From: an uncultured delta proteobacterium
GTDB lineage: Bacteria > Desulfobacterota > Binatia > HRBIN30 > BPIQ01
DNA: 64,000 nucleotides
Direction: 5' to 3'
Assembly (NCBI GenBank): GCA_963761335.1
Contig: CAVXGR010000017.1
Coordinates: forward strand, 96,001 to 160,000
The notes beneath the pieces are model-generated. The model did no database searches. It was not told the origin of the DNA and saw nothing but the letters and a program-made list of their open reading frames with translations. How positions within the stretch are numbered: position 1 is the stretch's first letter; each line of letters starts with the position of its first letter. A program made the translations under genes and the position numbers. Below are positions 1 to 9,368 of the stretch, piece by piece.

Positions 1-24
1 AATCGATCGCGATGGAGGTTTGAT

Positions 25-630
25 ATGCGTGTGCGTGTTGTCGGCGCCGGCCTCGGCCGGACGGGGACGAAGTCTTTGAAGGACGCGCTGGAGCGCCTGC
101 TGGGCGCTCCCTGCTATCACATGCTCGAGGTCTTTGTGCATCCCGAGCACGTGCCCCTGTGGCACGCCGCTGCCAAGGGGCAGATGCCCGACTGGCACGA
201 GCTCCTGGGCGGCTACGCTGCCGCGGTGGACTGGCCGGCGGCGGCGTTCTGGCCGGAGCTCAGCGAAGCCCTTCCCGACGCTCTGGTGCTGCTCTCGGTG
301 CGCGACCCGGAGTCGTGGTGGCAGAGCGCCAGCGAGACGATCTTCCGCGAGATCGGCAAGCATTCGGGGACCCCCTGGTACGACATGGTCATGGAGCTGA
401 TGGCGAATCGCTTCACCAGTGCCCTCGGCGATCGCGATGCGGCGATCGCGGCGATGGAGCGCCACAATGCGCGGGTGCGGGCGACGGTGCCGGCGCATCG
501 CCTGCTCGAGTGGCGCGCCGGCGACGGCTGGGAGCCGCTGTGCGCCGCGCTTGGCGTGCCGGTGCCCGACGAGCCGTTCCCGCACACCAACACACGCGCC
601 GATTGGGAGGCGCGTCGTACGGCGGAGTAG
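25..630 (+). CDS. Sulfotransferase-family (P-loop, Sulfotransfer_4-like) protein
   Basis: N-terminal VVGAGLGRTGTKSLK..L..CYHM, AAVDWPAAAFW and GDGWEPLC..LG.PVPDEPFPH.N motifs; GGAGG RBS upstream. Confidence 0.88.
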   Translation: MRVRVVGAGLGRTGTKSLKDALERLLGAPCYHMLEVFVHPEHVPLWHAAAKGQMPDWHELLGGYAAAVDWPAAAFWPELSEALPDALVLLSVRDPESWWQSASETIFREIGKHSGTPWYDMVMELMANRFTSALGDRDAAIAAMERHNARVRATVPAHRLLEWRAGDGWEPLCAALGVPVPDEPFPHTNTRADWEARRTAE

Positions 631-635
631 CGGGA

Positions 636-711
636 GGGGACAGGCACCTTTTCGGCGATGGAACCGGAATCGCCTATTGAGGCTCCTGCCGCCGAAAAGG
701 AGCCTGTCCCC
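636..711. repeat. GGGGACAGGC inverted-repeat element, copy 1 (REP/REPIN-like)
   Basis: Arms GGGGACAGGCACCTTTTCGGCG (636-657) and CGCCGAAAAGGAGCCTGTCCCC (690-711), one mismatch, 32-nt loop. Confidence 0.9.
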
Positions 712-729
712 AGCCGGCGCGATGAGCGC

Positions 730-1932
730 ATGACTGAGCAACCGCACACCTACGCCGTCTGGGGGAGCGAGCTGTCGCCGTTCGCGCTCAAGCTGCGAGC
801 GCTGCTCGACTACGCGCAGATCCCCTACCGCTGGCTCCCCGACGAGGGCGGGCGTCTGGAGAATGCGCTGGTTCAATGGCGCCTCGGTCAGGCGAAGCGC
901 CGTCGCGCCGTGCGCCGCCATCCCGGGCTGTCGCCGCTGGACGAGTACCCGCTGGTCCCCTTTCTCGTGGAGGATGGTCGTCGCTTTCAGTACGATTCCT
1001 CGGCGCTGGCGCACTGGCTCGACGGCTGCGCGCCGCGGCGCTCGCCACCGCTATTTCCCGAGGCGCCGGCGCTCGCCTTCACGGCGCAGCTCATCGATGA
1101 GGCCTTCGACGAGTTCGGTCTCTACATGGTGCACCACATGCGTTGGGTGCTCTCGGCGGCGACCAACGACGCCGGTCGCCGGCTGGCCCGCGAGATGCGG
1201 CATGTCCTGCCGATCGGCGCCGGGCCGATTCTGGCGCGCTGGTTCTCGGCGCGGCAGGTGCGGCGGCTGCCGTACCTCTTCAGCGTCGCGCCGTCCGGCG
1301 GTGCGCCCGGCCCGCGCCCGGAGCTGACCCCGCCCCATCGTCCGGGCTGGCCGGAGACGCACGGCCTGCTCGACGAGGCCTGGCGCGCCTATCTCGCCGG
1401 GATGGAGGCGGTGCTCAGCCGACAGCCGTATCTGCTCGGCGAGCGCTTCACCGTCGCCGACGCCAGCGCCTACGGTCAGCTCGGCATGAATCTCACCGAC
1501 CCGACGGCTGCCGAGTCGATGCGCGAGCGGGCTCCGGTGAGCTTCGCCTGGCTCTGCCGCATTCGCGACCGCGGCCACGTCGGCAGCGACGGCTCGCTGG
1601 CCCTCTCTCCGCACCTGTCGCCGTTGCTCGACATCATTCTGAGGACCTTCGCGCCGCTGATGCGCCAGAATGAGGCGGCATACGAGCGGGCCCGGCGTCA
1701 GGGCGAGACGATGTTCAACGAGCCCGCCTTCGACCGCGCCCGCGCCCTCTACGACGGCGAGCTTCTCGGCCGGCCGTTCCGCTCCGTGGCAAAATCGTTC
1801 CAGGTGCGGGCCTGGCGCGAGCTGGTCGCGGCCTGGGAGAATCTCGGACCCGGCGATCAGCGAGAAGTGATCAGCGCCCTGGGGTCGCGGCCAGCCTGGC
1901 CGCCGGAATTTGCGGCCAAGCCGGAGTCCTGA
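730..1932 (+). CDS. Glutathione S-transferase-like protein
   Basis: GSELSPF..KLRALLDY.QIPY N-terminus, YDSS motif, YLLGERFTVADASAYGQL C-domain; ATG 730 preferred because ATG 658 lies inside the repeat element. Confidence 0.8.
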   Translation: MTEQPHTYAVWGSELSPFALKLRALLDYAQIPYRWLPDEGGRLENALVQWRLGQAKRRRAVRRHPGLSPLDEYPLVPFLVEDGRRFQYDSSALAHWLDGCAPRRSPPLFPEAPALAFTAQLIDEAFDEFGLYMVHHMRWVLSAATNDAGRRLAREMRHVLPIGAGPILARWFSARQVRRLPYLFSVAPSGGAPGPRPELTPPHRPGWPETHGLLDEAWRAYLAGMEAVLSRQPYLLGERFTVADASAYGQLGMNLTDPTAAESMRERAPVSFAWLCRIRDRGHVGSDGSLALSPHLSPLLDIILRTFAPLMRQNEAAYERARRQGETMFNEPAFDRARALYDGELLGRPFRSVAKSFQVRAWRELVAAWENLGPGDQREVISALGSRPAWPPEFAAKPES

Positions 1933-1971
1933 TCGATTTGGCGCGGGCCCCGCCTCTATGAGGCGGTCTCA

Positions 1972-2060
1972 AAGCCCGGGCAAAACGATTCCGCCGGCCC
2001 GCGGGCCAAGGTAGAAGCGGCGTCTCGCCGCTTCGGAAAGCGCCGGGACGGCGCTCCTAC
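1972..2060. repeat. GTAG REP-like doublet with conserved 5' flank
   Basis: GTAGAAGCGGCGTCTCGCCGCTTC plus an inverted GTAGGAGCGCCGTCCCGGCGCTT copy (2011-2060); flank shared with 8908-8974. Confidence 0.85.
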
Positions 2061-3493
2061 ACCGGTGGGCGGCGTGTTGCCCAGGGGCTGGCCTCTTCCA
2101 GCTGTGCGGCGACGCGCAGGAGGAGATCCTCCCGGCCGTAGGCGGCGACGACCTGCACGCCGATCGGCAAGCCGTCCGCGCTCCAGTGCAACGGCAATGA
2201 GATCGCCGGCTGCCCGGTGATGTTGAATGGCGGCGTGAAGGCGATCAGCGCCAGCAGCTTCTCGACGTTCCCGGGGTTCTCGCGCGACCCCGCCAGCTCG
2301 CCGATTCGCGGCGGTGGCGCGGTGATCGTCGGCGTGAGCAGCAGGTCGAAGCCGTTCTCCCACCACTGCGCCATGCGCCGCGTGTAGCCGTTCATCCAAT
2401 CGATCGCCTGCAGGTAGATCGGCGCTGGGCAGGCGCGACCGAGCTCGGCGAAAGACCAGGTCCCCGGCTCCACACTTTCCTCGGGTACCGGCTTGCCGAT
2501 CGCTGCACCCCAATAGTCGAGTGCTGCGGCCACCCAGGCGGTCACCAGGACGGTGAAGTTCTGGCCGGTCTCGGCGGCGTGGTCGAGAGGCTCCGGGTAG
2601 GACTCCTCGACCCGATGGCCGAGCGACTCGAGGAGGCGCGCGGCGTTGCGCACGGCGGTGGCGCATTCCGGGTGCGACTCGATCTCACGCGTGGAGGTGA
2701 GCACGCCGACGCGCAGGCGCCCGGGAGCGCGGCCGACCTCCTCGGCGTAGGGGCGCGCCGGCGGCGGGGCGGTGTACGGGTCGCCCGGCATCGGGCCGCT
2801 GATGGCGTCGAGGATGGCGGCCGAGTCGCGCACCGAGCGAGTCACCGCGTGGGAGATCACCAGGCCGTGCCAGTACTCGCCGTGCTCCGGGCCGAGCGAC
2901 ACCCGACCGCGCGAGGGTTTCAGACCCACCAGCCCGCACTCGCTGGCGGGAATGCGGATCGAGCCGCCGCCGTCACTGGCGTGCGCCGCCGGCACCATTC
3001 CCGCTGCCACCGCCGCCGCCGAGCCGCCGCTGGAGCCGCCGGTCGAGTGCTCGGGGTTCCAGGGGTTCCGGCTGGGACCGTAGGCGAGTGGCTCGGTGGT
3101 GATGTTCAGGCCGAGCTCCGGGGTGTTGGTCTTGCCGAGGAAGACGAAGCCGGCGGCGCGCAGCTTGGCGGTGAGGTAGCTGTCGTGGGTGGCGATGTAG
3201 CGGTGGTCGCGCAGGAAGCGCATGCCGGCGTGGAAGGGATCGCCGGCCGAGTAGGTGTCGAGGTCCTTGAGCAGGAATGGAACGCCGCGAAACGGCCCTC
3301 CCGGCAGGTCTCCGGCGGCCTGCTGGCGGGCCTTCTCGTACAGCGGGGTGATGACTGCGTTGAGGCGGGGATTTCGATCCTGGATGCGGCGGATGGCGGC
3401 CTCGACCAGTTCGATGGGCTTCACTTCCCCACGGCGGACGAGATCCGCCTGGGCGCTGGCGTCGAGGTCGAGAGTGGACAGGTCGGCGTTCAT
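2057..3493 (-). CDS. Amidase (amidase signature family)
   Basis: [48 protein letters not shown] motifs. Confidence 0.95.
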   Translation of the reverse strand: MNADLSTLDLDASAQADLVRRGEVKPIELVEAAIRRIQDRNPRLNAVITPLYEKARQQAAGDLPGGPFRGVPFLLKDLDTYSAGDPFHAGMRFLRDHRYIATHDSYLTAKLRAAGFVFLGKTNTPELGLNITTEPLAYGPSRNPWNPEHSTGGSSGGSAAAVAAGMVPAAHASDGGGSIRIPASECGLVGLKPSRGRVSLGPEHGEYWHGLVISHAVTRSVRDSAAILDAISGPMPGDPYTAPPPARPYAEEVGRAPGRLRVGVLTSTREIESHPECATAVRNAARLLESLGHRVEESYPEPLDHAAETGQNFTVLVTAWVAAALDYWGAAIGKPVPEESVEPGTWSFAELGRACPAPIYLQAIDWMNGYTRRMAQWWENGFDLLLTPTITAPPPRIGELAGSRENPGNVEKLLALIAFTPPFNITGQPAISLPLHWSADGLPIGVQVVAAYGREDLLLRVAAQLEEASPWATRRPPV

Positions 3494-3582
3494 GGCAGCG
3501 GTGTACGCCCGATATCGGCGCAAAGTCCAGGGCGCCGACGGCGATTTATCGCGGCGCCGGGATGTGACACCATGGCGGGGCG

Positions 3583-4581
3583 ATGGACCTTCGCTCCGGC
3601 TTCGTGGATCTGATCGGCAACACGCCGCTGGTGCGGCTGCGCCGGGCTTCGGAGGAGACCCGCTGCGAGATCCTCGGAAAGTGCGAGTTTCTGAATCCGG
3701 GCGGCTCCATCAAGGATCGCGCCGCGCTCTACATCGTGCGCGACGCCGAGGAGCGCGGGCTGCTGCATCCGGGAGGTGTGATCGTCGAGGGAACCGCCGG
3801 CAACACCGGAATCGGCCTGGCGCTGGTCGGCAACGCGCTCGGTTACCGCACGGTGATCGTCATGCCGGAGACGCAGAGTCAGGAGAAGAAGGACACTCTG
3901 CGGCTCTGTCGCGCCGACCTGCGTCTGGTCCCCGCCGTGCCCTACAGGGATCCCGGCAACTACGTCCACGTCTCCGAGCGACTGGCGAAGGAGCTCGAGG
4001 CCAGCGAGCCGAACGGGGCGATCTGGGCCAACCAGTTCGACAATGTCGCCAACCGGCGGGCGCACTACGAGACCACCGGGGCGGAGATCTGGAGGCAGAC
4101 CGCCGGCAAGGTGGACGCCTTTGTCGCCGCGGTCGGCACCGGCGGTACGCTCGCCGGTGTGGGCATGGCTCTCAAGGAGCGCAATCCAGCGGTGCGCATC
4201 GTCCTCGCCGACCCGATGGGTGCGGCGCTGTACCACTATTACACGGACGGCGAGCTTCGCGCCGAAGGCAGCTCGATTACCGAGGGGATCGGACAGGGGC
4301 GAATCACCCGGAATCTGGAGGGCGCTCCCGTGGATCAGGCGCTGCAGATTCCCGACGAAGAGGCGCTGCCGGTGATCTTCGGCCTGCTCGAGGACGAAGG
4401 GCTGGTGGTCGGTGGCTCCACCGGCATCAACGTCGCCGGCGCTATTCGCGTCGCCCGCGACATGGGGCCGGGCAAGGTGATCGTCACCGTCCTCTGCGAC
4501 TACGGCACGCGCTACCAGAGCAAGCTCTTCAACCCGGAATTTCTGCGATCAAAAAATCTGCCGGTGCCGGAGTGGTTGTAG
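3583..4581 (+). CDS. cysK: Cysteine synthase (PLP-dependent O-acetylserine sulfhydrylase)
   Basis: IGNTPLVRL, KCEFLNPGGSIKDR (PLP Lys), EGTAGNTGIG, GTGGT motifs. Confidence 0.92.
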   Translation: MDLRSGFVDLIGNTPLVRLRRASEETRCEILGKCEFLNPGGSIKDRAALYIVRDAEERGLLHPGGVIVEGTAGNTGIGLALVGNALGYRTVIVMPETQSQEKKDTLRLCRADLRLVPAVPYRDPGNYVHVSERLAKELEASEPNGAIWANQFDNVANRRAHYETTGAEIWRQTAGKVDAFVAAVGTGGTLAGVGMALKERNPAVRIVLADPMGAALYHYYTDGELRAEGSSITEGIGQGRITRNLEGAPVDQALQIPDEEALPVIFGLLEDEGLVVGGSTGINVAGAIRVARDMGPGKVIVTVLCDYGTRYQSKLFNPEFLRSKNLPVPEWL

Positions 4582-4585
4582 AGAA

Positions 4586-4721
4586 GTATCTCGGTATCTC
4601 GGTATCTCAGTGGGTCGGTATCTCGGTATTTGGGTTTCACTGAGCCACCGAGAAACTGAGAAACTGAGCCACCGAGAACCCGAGCCACTGAGAAACTGGG
4701 CCACTGAACCACCGAGCCACC
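4586..4721. repeat. Head-to-head degenerate octamer tandem arrays (ACYGAGNN)
   Basis: 6 units GTATCTCG-like (4586-4633), then 10 units ACTGAGCC/ACCGAGAA-like in the opposite orientation (4639-4718). Confidence 0.9.
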
Positions 4722-4722
4722 C

Positions 4723-4767
4723 GCGCGGGTTGAGGTCGGAACCTTTGGTTCCGACCTCAGCCCGCGC
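4723..4767. repeat. 21-bp-arm hairpin between convergent genes
   Basis: GCGCGGGTTGAGGTCGGAACC-TTT-GGTTCCGACCTCAGCCCGCGC; contains the stop codon of the minus-strand oxidoreductase. Confidence 0.8.
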
Positions 4768-6121
4768 TGTTCTTCCGGATCCATTCGTCGAAGGACCCTT
4801 CATAACCGACCTGCCGCTGGCGCTCCTGGACACGAGCCATGATCTCCCTGGCCTTTTCGGGCGCGATCGGCGGCTGGCGCCCGACCCAGACCGCCATTTC
4901 ACCGGCGTCGTCGCGGGGGCCTTCGGCGATCGGCCCGAGCAGCGCCTCCTCGCCGCGGTGGTCGGCATCGGCCAGCCCGAGGAACTCCTCGATCAGATGG
5001 GTCGACACGGCGATGCTGTGCTTGCGCGAGTCGAGGATGTTGCCCTTGCCGGTGACCACGTTGCCGGTGCTGAACACCGTATCGTAGCCGGCCAGCCGTC
5101 CGAGATGCGGATCGACGTAGCTGTAGAGATGGTCCTTCTGCTCGATGCCGCGCATCGGCTCGGGAATGCTGCCGATGGAGCTGATCACCATCGGCGCGCG
5201 CACCTCTTCGATCTCGCCTTCGATGGGCACGGGCCGTCCAGCCTCGACGCGGGTGTGCTGGAAGCGCAGGCCCGCGAGGCGGTCGCCCTCGACGATCAGG
5301 CCGACGGGGACCATCAGCGGGCGCACGCTGAAACAGTACTTCTGCATGGCCTTCTCGAGGATCTTTCGCCGCGTCGCCTCGAAGCGCAGCCGCCGCCCCT
5401 CGTCGGCGTCTGCGGGGATATCGGCGAGGGGCATGTCCTCGATGCGCCGCCGGTAGAAGAGGGTGGCGCCGCGCAGGCCCAGGGTGTCCCAGTCGAGACC
5501 GTGCGCGGCGAGCGTGTCGGGAATGCCGGCGTGCTCGATCTCGAGCATGTCCACGGCGATGCCGCGTTCGGCCAGCAGCCGACGGACGAGCTCGATCTGT
5601 AGCGCCTTCATCACATCGATCGAGGCCAGGCCGCCGCCGACGACGATGGTATCGTCGGCGATCTCGTACTGCGGGCCGGTGTAGCCGTCTTCTGGAAAGT
5701 GATTGAACCAATGGATGAAGGCGTTCTGGTAGACGAGGCCGCGACCGACGAAGGCCTCGGCTCCCTCGATCGGCAGACGGCGGTCCCGCCAGGCGCCGTG
5801 TGCCAGCAGGACGGCGGTAAATCCCCATTCTCGGGCCAGCGCCGGAAACTCGATGTCCCGCCCGATCTTGGTCAGGGGAACGAAGTGGATGTGCGGATCC
5901 GAGAGCCTCTGGTTGATAGTCTCGTATTCCTTGCGCCGCAGGCGCACGTGCCAGCGTGGCAGGCCGTCCTCGATCTTTCCGTAGGGACGGACGTTCTGCT
6001 CGAAGATGACGCAGTCGACGCCCTGCCGCGCCAGGATGGCGGCGGCCTCCGCCCCGGCGGTGGCGCCGCCGACGATGGCGACGATATGTTGCGGTGTCTC
6101 GGCTTCCACAGAGCGGACCAT
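4757..6121 (-). CDS. FAD/NAD(P)-dependent oxidoreductase (ferredoxin-NADP reductase/GltD-like)
   Basis: VAIVGGATAGAEAA FAD motif, PYGKIEDGLPRWH, second Rossmann motif IVVGGGLASIDV; start chosen at MVRSVEAE. Confidence 0.8.
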   Translation of the reverse strand: MVRSVEAETPQHIVAIVGGATAGAEAAAILARQGVDCVIFEQNVRPYGKIEDGLPRWHVRLRRKEYETINQRLSDPHIHFVPLTKIGRDIEFPALAREWGFTAVLLAHGAWRDRRLPIEGAEAFVGRGLVYQNAFIHWFNHFPEDGYTGPQYEIADDTIVVGGGLASIDVMKALQIELVRRLLAERGIAVDMLEIEHAGIPDTLAAHGLDWDTLGLRGATLFYRRRIEDMPLADIPADADEGRRLRFEATRRKILEKAMQKYCFSVRPLMVPVGLIVEGDRLAGLRFQHTRVEAGRPVPIEGEIEEVRAPMVISSIGSIPEPMRGIEQKDHLYSYVDPHLGRLAGYDTVFSTGNVVTGKGNILDSRKHSIAVSTHLIEEFLGLADADHRGEEALLGPIAEGPRDDAGEMAVWVGRQPPIAPEKAREIMARVQERQRQVGYEGSFDEWIRKNSAG

Positions 6122-6221
6122 AGCGCAAACTCCCCCCGATTCTGCAAGCTTCTCTGGCACCCCGTCGCTGCTTTTTTGGGGAGACCTTGAATAGCCTGAA
6201 ACCGCAGCCGTCTGAAGGGGC

Positions 6222-6560
6222 ATGAGAGCGGTTTCGGACCACCAGTGGCTGCGCCTTGCGTCTGCGGCTCTGGCCCTGACCGCCTTCCTGTCCCTGGCCC
6301 CGCGGCCGGTGACCACCCCCCGTCACCGGCCGCACCGTCACGCCGCCGGCGTCGCTCACGCGGGCGTCTGGGCCGTACCGGCCGATGGACCCGACGTGGA
6401 CGGACAGTCGGCCGCCTTCGAGGCGGCGACCTCCCAGATCGCCGAGGCGCCCCCCATCCGCATCGTCCCCGCGGTCGCCCGGGTATCCGATACCCAGCCG
6501 CTCCGCCGCCGCATCATCCGCCTCAAGCTCTTCGCGGACGACGACCCGCTCCTGCCGTAG
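6222..6560 (+). CDS. Hypothetical small protein with hydrophobic N-terminus and His-rich segment
   Basis: 112-aa ORF in otherwise non-coding space; LASAALALTAFLSLA then RHRPHRHAAGVAH. Confidence 0.5.
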   Translation: MRAVSDHQWLRLASAALALTAFLSLAPRPVTTPRHRPHRHAAGVAHAGVWAVPADGPDVDGQSAAFEAATSQIAEAPPIRIVPAVARVSDTQPLRRRIIRLKLFADDDPLLP

Positions 6561-6671
6561 GCCCCGGTCGGCAAAGGGCCCTCGGGTTCAGGCAACCGGT
6601 CGCCAGCTTCTGCCAAGACCGGCCTGCTACCCGAGCCGTTCCACTCTTCAACTCTGGATTGGGAGCGTGTC

Positions 6672-6917
6672 ATGCTGCACGCAGTGATTCGCGCGGGAAA
6701 AGAAGCCTTTCATTTCTTCGGAGACGTCGATGCCTACAGCCTGCAGACGGTGCGACAGCACGTTCGGCAGGGATCCAAGGAGTTCGGCAACGTTCACCTC
6801 AGCCTGGAGATCGACCCCGCTGATCAGAAGGAGTTCCAGCGCCGTTCCCGGCGCTGGCTACCTCGACTGAGCGACGCGGGCACAGTGGTCGAGGTGAAGA
6901 TCCTCGGCGCCGGGTGA
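6672..6917 (+). CDS. Hypothetical 81-aa protein, weakly STAS-like
   Basis: GGGAG RBS; protein-like composition; FHFFGDVDAYSLQTVRQ resembles the STAS G.LD..S start. Confidence 0.6.
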   Translation: MLHAVIRAGKEAFHFFGDVDAYSLQTVRQHVRQGSKEFGNVHLSLEIDPADQKEFQRRSRRWLPRLSDAGTVVEVKILGAG

Positions 6918-7214
6918 CGGGCCGTGCGGCGGGGTGCCGGGCCGGGAACGGCCGCCCCCGCCGCCACCCGGTGCTGCGCCTTGCCCGGTGCTACGCCTTG
7001 ATGGATGAGGCGGGCACGGTCCCCCCTCCCGTCTTCACCCCCCGGTCGTATTTCCCAAGCCTCGCAACGTCCCCGGTTCGCTTCCGAGTGAGCGGTGGCT
7101 GCTCCACCGGCCGGCGGATTGCCTGGCGTTCCTCTGCCCGCGGACGGTTGCCTCATCGCGCCGCACTGGCGTAAAGCAATCGGTAGGCACCGCCGGCGGT
7201 GTCGGTTGCGACGC

Positions 7215-7916
7215 ATGCGAATCCGAGCCCACATTCTCCAGCACGTGCCCTTCGAGGGGCCAGGGATCATCGGAAGCTGGCTGGAGAGCCGCGGGGCCCA
7301 CTGCGGCAGAACGCGTCTCTTCCTGCAGGAGACGCTGCCCGACATCGATGCCTTCGACTGGCTGATCGTCATGGGCGGTCCGATGAGCGCCAACGATGAG
7401 CGGCAGTACTCCTGGCTCACCGCGGAGAAGCGCTTGGTGGCGGCGGCGACGGAGTCGTCCAAGGTGGTGCTCGGCGTGTGTCTCGGCGCGCAGCTGATCG
7501 CCAGCGCTCTCGGAGCGCGCGTCTACGCCAACGGCGAGCGCGAGGTCGGCTGGTTCCCGGTGCACCGCGTCTCCGGCGCTCTGTCTCATCCGATCGGATC
7601 CCTGCTTCCCGAGTGGTTCGACGCCTTTCACTGGCACGGCGACACCTTCGAGCTGCCCGCCGGCGCCGCGCACCTGGCCCGCAGTGCGGCCTGCGCCCAT
7701 CAGGCATTCGCCGTCGGCGAGCGCGTGCTCGGCCTGCAGTTCCATCTGGAGATGACCATGGAGGCGGCGCGCGGCATGATCGACAGCTGCCGCGAGGATC
7801 TGAAGCCGGGGCGCTGGGTGCAGAGCGAGCGGGCCATGCTCGGCTCCGCCGAGACCTTCGAGCGCGGCAACCGCGTCATGGCCGGCGTCCTCGATTTTCT
7901 CGAGGCGCAGGCATAG
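7215..7916 (+). CDS. Type 1 glutamine amidotransferase
   Basis: LQHVPFEGPG, IVMGGPMS, LGVCLGAQL (Cys), QFHLE (His-Glu). Confidence 0.93.
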   Translation: MRIRAHILQHVPFEGPGIIGSWLESRGAHCGRTRLFLQETLPDIDAFDWLIVMGGPMSANDERQYSWLTAEKRLVAAATESSKVVLGVCLGAQLIASALGARVYANGEREVGWFPVHRVSGALSHPIGSLLPEWFDAFHWHGDTFELPAGAAHLARSAACAHQAFAVGERVLGLQFHLEMTMEAARGMIDSCREDLKPGRWVQSERAMLGSAETFERGNRVMAGVLDFLEAQA

Positions 7917-7938
7917 TCGCGGCTGCGCTCGCCTTGCC

Positions 7939-8103
7939 CCGAGCCCTTCGGAGCCGAGCACGAGAAGAGTAGAGGAGGCGTCCCGCCTCCTCGGGGGGCT
8001 GGTGGCGGGGGGTCGGCTCAGCGAAGCGGTGCTCGTAATCGTGCTCGAAAAGGGGAGGCCGGGAGGCTGCCGAGCGCGACTACGAGCACGAGAGCACGAG
8101 AAG
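7939..8103. repeat. Composite intergenic repeat: GTAG hairpin plus GAGCAC-periodic inverted repeat
   Basis: GTAGAGGAGGCGTCCCGCCTCCTC (7969-7992); GTGCTCGTAATCGTGCTCG (8029-8047) pairs with CGAGCGCGACTACGAGCAC (8071-8089); related to 63163-63253. Confidence 0.75.
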
Positions 8104-8117
8104 AGGCCCGCAGAGGC

Positions 8118-8837
8118 TCATTTTCCGTGCGATACCTTGCGCATCAGCTCTTCCATCGTCTGCATCTGTAGCTCCTGGATCTCCAGCAGTCGCTGCCACT
8201 GGTGGGCGAGCAGCTGATCCATCTTGGCGGTCAGGTTGCGGATCTCCAGCTCGGCTTTCAGGTTGATCACGTAGTCGTTCTCGGCGCGCAGCCGATCCCT
8301 CGCCTCCTGGCGGTTCTGGCTCATCATGATGATCGGCGCCTGCAACGCCGCCAGGCAGGAGAGCACCAGGTTGAGGAGAATGAAGGGGTAGGGGTCGAAC
8401 GGCTGGCGGAGCAGGGCGATGCTGTTGACGATGATCCACACCACCAGCACGCCGCCGAAGCTGAGGATGAAGCGCCAGCTGCCGCCGAACTCCGCCACCT
8501 TGTCGGCGATGTGCTCGCCGAAGGTGAGCTGGCGCTCGAAGGTCTCGTTGATGTTCTCGGAGAGGACCTCCTGCTCCTGGACGCTGCGCACGACCTCCTG
8601 CTCGAGGCTGGAGAGCTCTCCTTTTTCCAGCTCCAGCATGTCCTCCACGTACTGGCCGCGATAGCGACTCAGGTCGGGAAGGCAGATCAGGTCGGTCGGA
8701 GACCACTCGGGGTGGTCCTGTCGGATGAGCTCGACGATAGGCGAGCGCACCAGCTCGCCGGAAACGAAATCTCCCGATTTGCGCTGCTGCTTGCAGATCG
8801 GACACTGGATCGTGGCGGCTCCTCGGTGTCGCGTCAT
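8118..8837 (-). CDS. DUF1003 membrane protein
   Basis: TFGEHIADKVAEFGGSWRFI, FDPYPFILLNLVLSCLAALQAPIIMMSQNRQEARDR. Confidence 0.93.
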   Translation of the reverse strand: MTRHRGAATIQCPICKQQRKSGDFVSGELVRSPIVELIRQDHPEWSPTDLICLPDLSRYRGQYVEDMLELEKGELSSLEQEVVRSVQEQEVLSENINETFERQLTFGEHIADKVAEFGGSWRFILSFGGVLVVWIIVNSIALLRQPFDPYPFILLNLVLSCLAALQAPIIMMSQNRQEARDRLRAENDYVINLKAELEIRNLTAKMDQLLAHQWQRLLEIQELQMQTMEELMRKVSHGK

Positions 8838-8907
8838 GGCTCCTCCACCTCCTCGGGCGCCTTTGTAGCGCCAGCCCGCGCGACGCCGCAATCCGAGACC
8901 CCGGGTC

Positions 8908-8974
8908 AAGCCCCGGGCAAACCAACGCCGCCGACCCGCGGGCCGAAGTAGAAGCGGCGTCTCGCCGCTTCTAC
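8908..8974. repeat. GTAG REP-like palindrome with conserved flank
   Basis: GTAGAAGCGGCGTCTCGCCGCTTCTAC (8948-8974); upstream AAGCCCCGGGCAAACC..CCGCCGACCCGCGGGCC matches 1972-2010. Confidence 0.85.
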
Positions 8975-9051
8975 TCTGCTTCTGAGACTTCTTGCGGATT
9001 CCTTCCCCCGCGGACGGGGTGTAGGATGCGCTCCAAAAGGAGGACGCACAC

Positions 9052-9333
9052 ATGCCGAGAGCGAGCTGGAACGGCGTGGTCCTGGCGGAGAGCGATCGCT
9101 GCGAGGTGGTGGAAGGCAACCAGTACTTTCCACCCGATTCCCTCCGCCGCGAGCACTTCCGCGAGAGCGCCGAGCACACCGTCTGTCCCTGGAAGGGTAC
9201 GGCGAGCTACTACGATGTGGTGGTGAACGGCGACGTCAACCGCGGCGCTGCCGGGTACTACCCGGCGCCCAAGGAGGCGGCGAAGAACATCGAGGGCTAC
9301 GTCGCCTTCTGGCGCGGGGTCGAGGTCGAATGA
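9052..9333 (+). CDS. DUF427 domain protein
   Basis: ASWNGVVLAESD, VEGNQYFPPDS, CPWKGTASYYDV, VAFWRGV; AGGAGG RBS. Confidence 0.93.
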   Translation: MPRASWNGVVLAESDRCEVVEGNQYFPPDSLRREHFRESAEHTVCPWKGTASYYDVVVNGDVNRGAAGYYPAPKEAAKNIEGYVAFWRGVEVE

Positions 9334-9368
9334 CCGCCGCCGGAGGAAGCCGCGGCGAGGGAGCATCG

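Noticed and set aside
636..711. CRISPR interpretation of repeats flanking 32-38 nt unique sequences
   Set aside because: Arms are inverted rather than direct, copies are dispersed singly, and no cas genes are present
9240..9265. DUF427 AAGYYP instead of the usual AAWYYP
   Set aside because: Single-base difference (GGG vs TGG); cannot tell a variant from a sequence error
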